This document shows positions 11,257 to 24,464 of a DNA stretch of 64,000 nt, one piece after another. A model generated the notes under the pieces. That model had not been told where the DNA came from. It worked only from the letters and a program-made list of their open reading frames with translations, and made no database searches. Position 1 is the first letter of the stretch. Every line of letters starts with the position of its first letter. Position numbers and translations under genes: made by a program. The stretch covers positions 29,890,437 through 29,954,436 of the forward strand of contig NC_092672.1 in assembly GCF_964355755.1 (NCBI RefSeq). Direction: 5' to 3'. The stretch is from Antedon mediterranea (Eukaryota > Animalia > Echinodermata).

Positions 11257-14200
11257 ATCTCTTTTTATAGATTATTAATTGCTAAATATATGCAAAACGA
11301 TGGGTCATAGCTCAAAATGACATTTCCAATTGAATTCTGACAAAATATTTTGTTAGAGCAAATATAAATGTGTATATTCTAAACAATTTGACACCAAACT
11401 GAACTTTTTAGGACAAATAGTTACCGAGATATTGACATATTCAAACATTAGAGGTCAAGGGTCAAAAAAGCTTAATTTATGGTAATTTTTTGAAAAAAGT
11501 TTCTATTAGACTAAATATTAGATTTATTTTCTTAACATTTTGAGCCCATTTTCAAATCTCTGAGATTGCGTGTTATTGAGATATTAGACAATCAAGGTCA
11601 AAGGTCAAACTAAAAAATAAAGCCTTTGCGGCCATTTTTGTACAATTATTTTCATTATAGCGAATATAAATATATATCTTCCAAGCATTTTGAAAAAAAA
11701 ATTAATGTAAAATGTCCCTGCGTTGTCAAGATATGGCGATTTTTAGTTATATAATAGAAAAATATAAAAATTGAGGTCAGAGGTCACAGAGGTCAAATCA
11801 GATTTCCAGTAACTTTGTTTTGGCATCTCCACACTATACTCTACCAAACTGCTATACTGAAAAATTTGTATCCAGTCTGGTAACATCCCACCCCTTTTTC
11901 TCCCCTTAGGGACTGGACTATTAGGCCTATTTGATTTGCGCGAGATGAACATTGATACAAAGGCCAACAAAGGTATTTGGCGTTTTTCATCGATTTTGGC
12001 ATAAAACTGATTCCATTCATGAAACTGCTATTTATTTAAGTGTCAAGAATTGTAATTGAGGAAATTTTATTTTCGGGCTATACTGGGCCACAACAACATG
12101 GCGAATATTTATTATTGGCCGCCTTGGCTATACGCTATTTAGAGCTATAACTAAAACAGATACAAATTCATAACATAAATATTTACATTTTTTAAAGGAC
12201 AAACACAGGTTGGTGAATGGCTGAAAGTTGATCTTGGAGCCGACTATACGATTACAACAGTGGTCATCATTAATAAAATAAGTAAACTTATTTATCGCAA
12301 TTAATAATATCATTTTCACCTTTAATTCCACGTACAATTATCATTTTTATACGTATTTAACTTATCATTTTACCTAATAATATATAAAAATAATATAATA
12401 TATTATAAATAATATATAAATATATAAAACAATATTATTGTTTTATATATTTGCACATTCTACCAAAGTAGTCAAGCCGCTTGTGGAAAACAAAAGAAAA
12501 ACTAATCCGTAAACAGAACAAAAATTACCAAATCTAGACAAAACTCCACATAACTGCTTTCCGTTTACTATAGTACAAAACTCACATTTGTTTGTTAGTT
12601 ATGTGAGCGTCTCACTAGACAATACAAATCAGTAGGGTGGGGACGGACGCATTTTGTATAATTATTTGTACTCTATGAAATGATGACTTTTTGGCTTTTC
12701 CTGTTGTTGTTGCCGCCAAACAATGGGCCAGAATTCATTTATGACTTTGGTTTTTTTCTCCTTCTTTCTTATAGCCCACTTTTATTCATTCTTTCATATC
12801 CTAACATAATAATTAGAATTCTCCCTTTATATAAACCATTATTATCTAACATATTTAACATTTGTCCACTTAAATTATTTATGTTATTTTCTGAACAAAC
12901 AAGACTTATTCAAATTATGTGTCAAATCATGATTTTACCAACAATTCATGACCAAAGAATATGGGTGGTTTATTATACTTTGTGATGTATCATTCCTTAA
13001 CCAGTAAAACAATTTCGTCAATGGATTTGGCCCACTGTGTGCCGCAGTCATTATTGATCGTTATGTTATTCATTTTTTATCGTTACGGTATCATTATAGA
13101 TCGTTACGGTATCGTTATCGATGTCACTATCACTATTGATATCAATATTATTATGATCAACATTACTTAAATCTTACGTACATCTTAACTTAATTAAATA
13201 TTTATAAACAGCTCCATCTGATTTTAACAATGAACGAATTTCTGGTGCTGTGGTAACTATTAAAACGGATGATATGAGTACAGAAACCACGTGTGGTCAT
13301 ACTGTAACAATTGCCGATTCGTTACGCGCTCCATTGATTCAATTTACCTGCAACCCACCAATCAGAGGACGCTACGTGAAACTATGGTTTCCGAATAAAA
13401 TGGAATTCATTACCATTATTTTGTGAAATTAAGGTCTACACAGATTATTTAAGCCAAGGTAAGTTGTTAGATAAACCTTTTTTTTAAATAGTAGGCCTAT
13501 TATTTTTACTTTGTTGTTGTTGTTATTTTCTTTGTTTAACTGCCCGATATAACGACACATACACCAGTTGAAAGTCTTCGTCCTGAATTATTTTTTTGGA
13601 TATACAAAAAGGCAATGTCTATTGATTTTCTGGAAAATCGATATATTGGTGATGTCACAAAAGTAAAAAATGGAATATCCGAATCTTTAATAAGGGATCG
13701 AAATATTAAATATCGCGCCCTCTTTTGATCTCCCCTTTTTGTCAAGCGCTTAACTTATCTTTGTATTACTTCTTTTTCAGTTTTAATAATTTAGTTATAC
13801 TCATGTACGACAAGCCAATGTACAGAGACGAGAGTGGGAAAAGATTTTGCACTCTTACCATAATTTTATAACTTGATATAATATATTTCAATAAACACAG
13901 AAAACCGTTAATAATTTGTTCATATGATACCAAAATTAGCCTATTCTAGGTAGGTCATTTGATGTTCTAAATTTTACAGAGCCTCAGTGTGCGACTCCAA
14001 TCCAAGTCAGTCCATTGAACAAGACTTTCCATTTACAAGACATATCTGGCAATGGAAATTACTTAAGTGGATCGCCTGATATAGCATTTACTACTGGTAT
14101 TTATGGCGAGCAAGATGGAGCAGTATTGATAAACAAAGATATTGGTTCGCAAATAACATTACTCTATGGACACAAAGGCCCAACTTTTACATTGGCTTTC

Positions 14201-17200
14201 TATGTTTTCATGAACGACAGTTCGAAAAAGGCCTTCGTTTATTCCAACTCATTTGAAATTATATTTGCGTTTCCTGTTGATCATCTGTTTCATGTGTCAG
14301 AGGTAGCGGTTAATTACAACTTTTATGGTGAAGTTATTCGTTGCAATGTCATGCGTTCTGAAGAGTGGACATTCTTTGCTCTTACATTCAACGGATTCGA
14401 AAGAAAAATACGACTTTGGCGAAATGGGGAGATTGCTTGTATGACTGATACGGAATTCTCGGAAATCAATTTTGGAAGCATTGGGTTTGGTGGTGACGAG
14501 AGTGTAATGAAGATGGCTAAACTACAGGTTTACCGTGAGAGCCTTGATGAATATGAGATCAAAGAAGCGAGAGACCTGCACAATGTTATTAGAAGTAAGA
14601 ATTATTGTCTTTAGTAAATAGACATACACATCAGTTAATGATTATGATTATCAGTTGAAATCATTGTAATCATCACCATATTCACTATCAGTGTCATCAT
14701 CATCATCATCATCATCATAAATGTATTCATTTTATTTATTGTTTTGTTATCGTTATTATCAACATAATTATATATTCATTGTATTCTTGTTGTTTCTGGT
14801 GTTGGAGTCATAACTCCTTTTATGTATATTTTTTATCCTTTCTAAAATTAGTACTATAGTTTATAGTAAGGTATTTTCTAATAACAATGCCGTTTTTACT
14901 GTCGCCTTTGTCCTTTGATTCTGATTTAAAGGTAATATATATTTTTATTATTTTGCAGGTGATGAATGCTCGAAACCAAACCTTTTCCACGTCCACGTTT
15001 CCACAACTGGAAATGCGCCACCATCGGTTATAAGCCGTTCTCTCGGAGGTCTTCTGCGTATTGAGATGTCGCAGAAACATAAATTGTTTTGGAATTATTT
15101 ATGATCACAAAACAAAAAGCTGTGAAGAATTTAACGGAAATAATTTGTTAAATATTGAGACAGACTTAATTCGCAAGTACTACGTAGCAGTTCGGTAAAC
15201 TAATTGCAAGTTTAAAATTGTGATTTAGGCCTACTATTACCGAAAATATAGTAAAAGGCTACATGGCTTTCTATCTCCCTAAAATTTATTGTGCAAAAAA
15301 GTACATAGTAATTTCATTTTTACTATTTTAAAATATTTCGAACGCGGCAGCATTGATACAAATCAAAATTGACTTGGAAAATAAAACATCACAGATCGCT
15401 TTATGTTACTGATACCGATTTTATTTAATATTGGGGATGATTTAACATTTGGGAGAAAATCTGTCTAAAGATTATTAAATTAAATTATTAAAATTATTAA
15501 AATATGTTCTTGGTTAGGCAATTATCTTTTGATAGCGTCATCACGTCTACAAATTTGATTGACCTTGGTAACGTAATGTCACGTGTATTATGAATGGTTT
15601 ATTATTCTACGTGTCATTCAAAGTATATTGCGCCCCCTTTCGCTCTTATAGCTGAATTGTATTATCATCAGAAAAATAACATTTAAAAAAACACAACCTG
15701 ACATAAAGAAATATGATATATATTAATTGTATTATGCTGGACTCTATAACTAAATAAAGTTTTTACATAATAAAATAAAATGATAATAATAAATAAATAA
15801 TGAAATCATAATAAAAATTGAATAATAAAACAATTAAATTACATATATAGATATATATATATATATATTTATAAACACATCAGGCACAGAAAAAGAAATA
15901 ACAATAAAAATAAAGGAATCAAAATAAAAGAAACATGAGACAGACAGCAAATATTTCAGGACAGTTTCAAAGAAAGGAAGTTGTTCATGTTAATTCTGAC
16001 TAAATGAAATGTTCAGTAAATGTAGTCAGTAAACACATACAACAGTCGTGAGGTAATTTCCCGATTGATTGTAATCAAAACGGTACTGGGTATGGTCTAC
16101 TAGTTTTTCTGCTCCCAACCAGTACATGCATTCATAGAAGCTTTGATGAAGTAAGCCTACCTGGTGGTAACCATAGAACTGTTCCGAGATAACGACTAAA
16201 CTTCGGCTTTAGTCGATAGAAGATTGAAAAAATTGTTAGAGATTATAGAAGATAAATGTGATATTTAAGGTTGTATATTGTTTGTTATTACATTAAATTA
16301 GATATATATTGTACCACGGTAGAGCTTTAACGAAAGTTTAGCAACTTTGTGTAAACATTTTTATTATCATTTACAATTTGTCAAAAATTAACCAGTAAAT
16401 TGATGTAATAGTTTGCAAATGACAGTTGTAGCCGATAAATAAAATAATTAACTAAATACAAATAACAACAAAATTAATCAATCATTTTTTTTTTCATTTG
16501 TTCACTTTTGAAAAAATGTAAAATATCATAACACATTAAGATTAAAGGAAAGGAAATATTCTAAAAGGTTCCAATTCCACGAATTGAAAAAATGACGTTT
16601 CGTTTAATATGGCTAATAATAGAGATTTTTAGACAAGAATTTCCCTTCTCATCAATCAAAGGTTTTAATTCTGTTTTCAATTTTTACAAAAACTTTTATC
16701 TTGAATGTTTTGAACTTGATCGTTTGTATATTATTCGTTTTATTATAATAGAATTTAAAATATATTTAGTCAATTCTAAAGTTTGCTAGTGTCGATTTTT
16801 GCAACTTGTTTTCTGCAGATTGTCGAAGTTTGTCAACGGTTTTATACTTGTAAACTTTTGAAAACCTTTCTTGATAAACTCGGAGTCTCCTCGAGTTTAC
16901 AGTTGTTAGATTAACATCATTAGGTAAAACAAAAGTTTATTAAGTAGAAAACGTTTACATTTTTTACTATGTTTTAAGAAATTAAATTATATTTTCGCCT
17001 AGACTGTTCGATTCACAATATCGCGATAAAACGTCCTCTATTGTGTTTCAACTTTGACAAAACTTTATTCTGTTTTGAACTCGTCTGTTGTACAATATAA
17101 TTTTAAATAAATTTAATGAAAATAGTAAATACGTCATTATTGACAGGCTAGCTAATTAAACTACGACAATCCATCGAGATCAATGGCAATGTTTTAATAT

Positions 17201-17761
17201 ACAGAAGTCTTATGCGTTGCTGAGGTCAAATTTCTATAACCCAAGAATAGTTACTCAATTATTTAGTGAAGCATCCATTCATTGACTGCGGCTGTAAGTA
17301 ACGAAGATTCTAAATTCCATCCGCCAGAGCGGCTCTTAAGTTTACGCATGTGCACTTAAATCCTATAAGTAAACTATCTTAAACGTTTAGGGCACTTTTG
17401 GAAAGTGGTTCTTCCAAGGTCACTGTGTTTTTTTAAATTATGCATTTAAATAGTTAATCAATATTCATTACAATCGGTAATCTATAGTTTTGCCTCAAAT
17501 ATGAACAATTTAAATTTTTACATTTATGATCAAGTTTTGTTCACTATAAATTTTAATTATTATATTGTTAACACATCATGCATACAAACGTTTGTATTGT
17601 TTGAGTGTTACATTAAAAATTATTTTAATATGTATGCAAGCGTAGTAGGATTACAATGCCAGTTTATTAACAGAAAGAATGTAACCAACATACATACTTC
17701 GGAAATAGATGTTCAAGTAACAAGTCAATCCGTTTTACAAGAGAAAAACTTAATCGAACAC

Positions 17762-20700
17762 ATGATGTATTTGTTTATTTGTTTTTGTTTTCTTTTCACC
17801 TATTTGAATTCTCATGCGGGTGAGTTTATTTTAATTTTTTTCTTCAAGCAGGTAGTACTAATATAACAATTTTGAAATGCTATGATAGGCCAACTTGATA
17901 TGCATTCTTACATCTTCAGATTGGTGTTTTGTGTATTTTAGTCCAAAAAATGTGGTTTTTTTTTGTGCTAAAATGCATTATTAAAGCACAGTAAACATAT
18001 ATTTAAAAATAACTAATTCATAAAAACATTCCAAATTCAATTACAATATTTATGAGAATAGTAAATAATGTATTTAAAACACTAATTCATATAGAAAAAA
18101 AATATAATGTAATATTTATGAGAATATTTATTTTCATGTGTTTAAAAAAGTAAGTAAATATTATTATGATATTTGCAGTCTTCTGCTTTAAAATATAATG
18201 AATATAGTTCTTTGAAAGAGAATGAAAAAAACGGTCTACATAATTTTAGATTCTTTTCTTTATTAAAATACATTTTTCTTATGTACAATTTTTAATAAAC
18301 GTATTTGAAAGAAATATAAAACTAATAATAAATTTGAAATTTATAGCTAATAGAATAGAATTTTGGAACGACGATAAAGGCATGCACATATAGCTACTTT
18401 TTAAAGAATCATTATTTATAACCAATTAAATCAAAATAGTAGATTTCTTAATAATTTATATAAGTGTTTGATTCCTTATACTTATCTCATATATGTACTA
18501 TAATGCATAGCTCGTTGACAAATCTACATTTTGTAATAAAATAAAATTGTATTTCAGCACTCATATCTTATGGAAAGCCTGCAACATCATTGTCTGTATA
18601 TCAAAGTTTTCTACCTGTATATTCGACTGACGGGAAGGAAATAGAACCAGACTGTTTCCATTCAGGTGATATACTGTCTAGGCCACCGTAATCTAAAATA
18701 AATAATTATGTACAGCGATCCATATATGGTTATACCATGGAGAAATAAGTTATATTTCTCCATCCATGGTTATATACGAGATTCGCATGGGTTAGGCCTA
18801 TTTGGTTTGCGTGAGATGAAAATTGATACAAAAGCCAACAAAGGTATTTGGCGTTTTTCATCGATTTTGGCATAAAACTGATTCCATTCATGAAACTGCT
18901 ATTTATTTAAGTGTCAAGAATTGTAATTGAGGAAATTTTATTTTCGGGCTATACTGGGCCACAACAACATGGCGAATATTTATTATTGGCCGCCTTGGCT
19001 ATACGCTACTTAGAGCTATAACTAAAACAGATACAAATTCATAACATAAATATTTACATTTTTTAAAGGACAAACACAGGTTGGTGAATGGCTGAAAGTT
19101 GATCTTGGAGCCGACTATACGATTACAACAGTGGTCGTCATTAATAAAATAAGTAAACTTTTTTATCGTAATTAATAATATCATTTTCACCTTCAATTCC
19201 ACGTACAATTATCATTTTTATACGTATTTAACTTATCATTTTACCTAATAATATATAAAAATAATATAATATATTATAAATAATATATAAATATATAAAA
19301 CAATATTATTGTTTTATATATTTGCACATTCTACCAAAGTAGTCAAGCCGCTTGTGGAAAACAAAAGAAAAACTAATCCGTAAACAAAACAAAAATTAAC
19401 AAATCTAGACAAAACTCCACATAACTGCTTTCCGTTGTCTATAGTACAAAACTCACATTTGTTTGTTAGTTATGTGAGCGTCTCACTAGACAATACAAAT
19501 CAGTAGGGTGGGGACGGACGCATTTTGTATAATTATTTGTGAAATGATGACTTTTTGGCTTTTTATGTTGTTGTTGCGGCCAAACAATGGGCCAGAATTC
19601 AAACTCTTTTGCTTTATGACATTTTGTTTTGTCCTTCTTTTTTATAGCCCACTTTTATTCATTCTTTCCTGCATATCCTAACATAATATTTAGAATTCTC
19701 TTTCTTTTTCGTTGTATAAACCATTATTATCTAACATATTTAACATTTGTCCACTTAAATTCTTTATGTTAATTTCTGAACAAACAAGACTTATTCAAAT
19801 TATGTGTCAAATCATGATTTTACCAACAATTCATGACCACGTGATTTTTCATTCCTTAACCAGTAAAACAATTTCATCAATAGATTAGGTCCACTGTGTG
19901 CCGTAGTCATTATTGATCGTTATGGTATTCATTTTTTATCGTTACGGTATCATTATCAATCGTTACGGTATCGTTATCGATATTGATGTCACTATCAGTA
20001 TTGATCAATATTATTATGATCATCATTACTTAAATCTTACGTACATCTTAACTAAATATTTATAAACAGCTTCATCTGATTTTAACAATGAACGAATTGC
20101 TGGTGCTGTGGTAACGATTAAAACGGATGATATGAGTACACAAACCACGTGTGGTCATACTGTAACAATTGCCGATTCGTTACGCGCTCCATTGATTGAA
20201 TTTACCTGCAACCCACCAATCAGAGGACGCTACGTGAAACTATGGTTTCCGAATAAAAAGGAATACATTACCATTTGTGAAATTAAGGTCAACACAGATG
20301 ATTTAAGCCAAGGTAAGTTGTTAGATAGGCCTAGTTTTTTTTTTATAATATGCCTTTTATTATTTCTTTGTTTAATTGTCCAATATAACGACACCACCTT
20401 AAAGTTTTCGTCTTGAATTTTTTTTTTTGGATATACAAAGAGGCAATGACTATTGATTTTCAGGAAAATCGAAATATTGGTGATGTCACAAAAGTGAAAA
20501 ATGGAGTATCTGTATCTTTAATATGGGATCGAAATATTAAATAGCGCGCCCTCTATTGATCTCCCCTTTTGTCAAGCGCTTAACTTATCTTTGTATTACT
20601 TCTTTTTCAGTTTTAATAATTTTGTACGAAGCCAATGTACAGAAACGAGAGTGGGAAAAGATTTTGCACTCTTACCATAATTTTATAACTTGATATAATA

Positions 20701-21950
20701 ACTTTTAAATAAAGACAGAAAACAGTTAACTTTTTGTTCATATGAACGTGGGTCATTTGATGTTCTCAATTTCTACAGAGCCTCAGTGTGCGACTCCAAT
20801 CCAGGTCAGTCCATTGAACAAGACTTACTATTTAAAAGACATATCTGGCAATGGAAATTACTTAAGTGGATCACCTGATCTAGCATTTACTACTGGTATT
20901 TATGGCGAGCAAGATGAAGCAGTATTGATAAACAAAGATATTGGTTCGCAAATAACATTACTCTATGGACACAAAGGCCCGACCTTTACATTGGCTTTCT
21001 ATGTTCTCATGAACGACGGTTCAAAAAAGGCCTTCGTTTATTCCGACTCATTTGAAATTATATTTGCGTTTCCTGTTGATCATCTATATCATGTGTCAGA
21101 GGTAGCAGTTAATTACAACGTGTATGGTGAAGTTATTCGTTGCCATGCCTTGCGTTCTGAAGAGTGGACATTCTTTGCTCTTACTTTCAACGGATTCGAA
21201 AGAAAAATACGACTTTGGAGAAACGGGGAGATTGCTTGTATGGCTGATACGGGATTCTCAGAAATCAATTTTGGAAGCATTGTGTTTGGTGGTGACGAGA
21301 GTGTAATGAAGATGGCCAAGCTACAGGTTTACTATGAGAGCCTTGATGAATATGAGATAAAAGAAGCGAGAGACCTGGATAATGTTATTAGGAGTAAGAA
21401 TTATTGTCCTTAATACACATCAGTTAATGATTATGATTATCAGTTGAAATCATTGTAATCATCATCATCATAAACGTATTGATTTTATTTATTGTTATCG
21501 TTACTATCAACATATATATATTCATTGTATTCTTGTTATTTCTGGTTTTCGAGTCATAACTCCTTTTTATGCATATTTTTTTATCCTTTCTAATAAGTAC
21601 TATAGTTTATAGTAAGTATTTCTAATAACAATGCCGTTTTTACTTTCGCCTTTGTCTTTTTATTCTGACTTATAAGTAGTATACATTTTGATTATTTTGC
21701 AGGTGATGAATGCCCGAAACCAAACCTTTTCCATGTCCACGTATCCACAACTGGAAATGCGCCACCATCGGTTGTAAGCCGTTCTTCTACACACTCGGAG
21801 GTCTTTTGCGTATTGAGATGTCGCAGAAACATAAATTGTTTTGGAATTATTTATAATCACGAAACACAAAGCTGTGAAGAATTTAACGGAAATAATTTGT
21901 CAAATATTGAGACAGATTTAATTCGCAAGTACTACGTGGCAGTTCGGTAA
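17762..21950 (+). CDS. Copy C (intact): secreted F-type lectin + LamG/ConA-like + PAN/Apple-like protein, ~451 aa
   Basis: Hand-spliced exons 17762-17819, 18558-18665, 19069-19152, 20070-20312, 20779-21393, 21703-21950; all GT-AG, phase 1, 1356 nt with no internal stop. Signal peptide MMYLFICFCFLFTYLNSHA. F-type motifs GKPAT..TDG..CFHS..WLKVDLG..ERIAGA..GRYVKL..ICEIKV. LamG-like motifs DISGNGN, WTFFALTFNG, LWRNG, LQVY..L..EI. PAN-like CVLRC-x4-C-GIIY-x6-C. Confidence 0.85.
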
Positions 21951-24464
21951 ACTGATTGCAAGTTTAAAATTGTGATTTAGGCCTACTATTACCGAAAATA
22001 GAGTAAAAGGCTAAATAGCTTTCTCCCTCCCTTAAATGTATTGTGCGAAAAAGTACATAGTAATTTCATTTACAATTTTAAAATATTTCGAACGCGGCAG
22101 CATTGATACAAATCAAAATTGACTTGGAAAATAAAACATCACAGATCACTTTATATTACCGATACCGATTTTATATTTGGGATGATTTAACATTTGGGAG
22201 AAAATCTGTCAAAAGATTATTAAATTAAATTATTAAAATTATTAAAATATGTTCTTGGTCAGGCAATTATCTTTTGATAACGTCATCACGTCTACAAATT
22301 TGATTGACCTTGGTAACGTAATGTCACGTGTATTTTGTATAGAAATCTTATTATTATGAATGGTCCGGTTTATTATTATACGTATATTATTTTATAAGTA
22401 AATTGCGTCCACTTTCGCACTTAAAAAAACATCTGTTTTTAAAGGTTAGTTAATGACATTTTAAAAATAGCTGAATTGTATTCATCATCAGCAAAAAAAA
22501 AAAAAAAACAAACAAAACAAAAATTTAAAAAAACATAACCTAACCTGGCATAAAGAAATAAAAAATAAAAAATAAAACTAACAAAAATAGATAAATAAAA
22601 ATAAATAAAATAGAATGATAATAATAAATAAATAAATAATAAAATCATAATAAAAATATAATAATATAACAATAAAAATACATATATATATAATATATAT
22701 ATAAACACATCAGACACAGAGAAAGAAATAACATTAAAAATAAAAGAATCAAAAGAAAAGAAACATGAGACAGACAGCAAATATGTCATGACAGTTTCAA
22801 AGAAAGGAAGTTTTTCATGTTAAGTCTGACTAAATGAAATTTTCAGTAAATGTAGTCAGTAAACACATTTATTTAAAGTCATTTAAACAATTAGTATTAG
22901 CAGATAAATGTGATATTTAAGGTTGTATATTGTTTGTTATTACATTTAATTAGATATATATTGTACCACGGTGGAGCTTTAACATAAAAACATTTCACTT
23001 TTAAGCTAAAAAGGCATCTATTATCCACATATAATCACTGAATCCTAAATAATATTAATTCAAATTTCATTGATATTTTCAATCGGTTGTTTTTGTTTAC
23101 TTTGGTTTTTTTAATGATTTTTTGATATTTTTTATTTTTTGGCAGCCCACCACAAATTTACACTTTCTGGGGTTCGCCTCTCTTATTTAAAATTGTTTTT
23201 TTTTACAAACACTGTTAATAGAAAAGAGAAGAGAAATAAATGTTCGGAATAATAATAACGAAAGTTTAGCAACTTTGTGTCAACATTTTGATTGGCATTT
23301 AAAATTTATCAAAAATTATCTAGTAAATTTATGTAAGAGTTTGCAAATGACAGTTGTAGCCGATAGATAAAATAATTAACTAAATACAAATAACAACAAA
23401 ATAAATCAATCATTTTTTTTTTATTTGTTCACTTTTGAAAAAATGTAAAATATCATAACACATTAAGATTAAAGGAAAGGAAATATTCAAAAAGGTTCCA
23501 ATTCCACGAATTGAAAAAATGACGTTTCGTTTAATATGACTAATGATAGGGATTTTTAGACAAGAATTTCCCTTCTCATCAATCACAGGTTTTAATTCTG
23601 TTTTCAATTTTTACAAAAACTTTTATCTTGAATGTTTTGAACTTGATCGTTTGTATATTATTCGTTTTATTATAATAGAATTAAAAATATATTTAAAGTC
23701 AATTCTAAAGTTTGCTAGTGTCTATTTATGCAACTTGTTTTCTGCAGATTGTCGAAGTTTGTCAACGGTTTTATACTTGTAAACTTTTGAAAACCTTTCT
23801 TGATAAACTCGGAGTTGCCTCGAGTTTACAGTTCTTAGGTTTACATCATTAGGTAACAAAAGTTTATTAAGTAGAAAACGTTTACATTTTTTACTATGTT
23901 TTAAGACATTATATTATATTTTCGCCTAGACTGTTCGATTCACAATATCGCGATAGAACTTGTTCTATTGTGTTTCAACTTTGACAAACTTTATTCTGTT
24001 TTGAACTCGTCGGTTGTAGAATATAATATTAACTAAATTTAATGAAAATAGTAAATACGTCATTATTGACAGGCTGTAGCTAATTAGACTACGAAAATCC
24101 ATCGAGATCAATGGCCATTTTTGAAATGTAGAGAAGTCTTATGCGTTGCTGACGTCAAATAGAAATAAATAGTTAATTAATATTGATTCATTACAACCGG
24201 TAATCTATAGTTTTACCTAAAATATTAACAATTTTTACATTTTATGGTCACGTTTTGTTAACAATAAATGTTAATTATCTCTTAAATTTTTTAACACATC
24301 ATACATACTCACGTTTGTATTGTTTGTCTTGTTGTTTGAATATGTGTGCAAGCGTAGTAAGATTACAATGTAAGTTTATTAACCGAAAGAATGTAACCAA
24401 CATACATACTTCGGAAATAGTAACAAGTCAATCCGTTTTACAAGAGAAAAACTTAATCGAACTC

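Larger units (their letters stand above)
8427..11920. mobile_element. Academ-like non-autonomous DNA transposon in intron 2 of copy B
   Basis: 20-bp TIR TAGTCCAGTCCCTAAGGGGA, 3-bp TSD TTA (8424-8426 / 11921-11923); empty site GGGTTAGGCCT in C. Imperfect subterminal inverted arms ~8500-9010 / ~11330-11835. TAG termini with a 3-4 bp TSD are characteristic of Academ. Confidence 0.85.
7451..15198 (+). pseudogene. Copy B, frameshifted sister of copy F
   Basis: Exons 7451-7508, 8197-8304, 12198-12281, 13212-13458 (+4 nt near 13417, giving TGA), 13980-14594, 14959-15198 (-8 nt near 15042). Confidence 0.85.

Noticed and set aside
16135-16220. Hammerhead ribozyme
   Set aside because: TTGATGA rather than CTGANGA, and no properly placed GAAA or stems were found by eye; none was seen near the Penelope fragment either.
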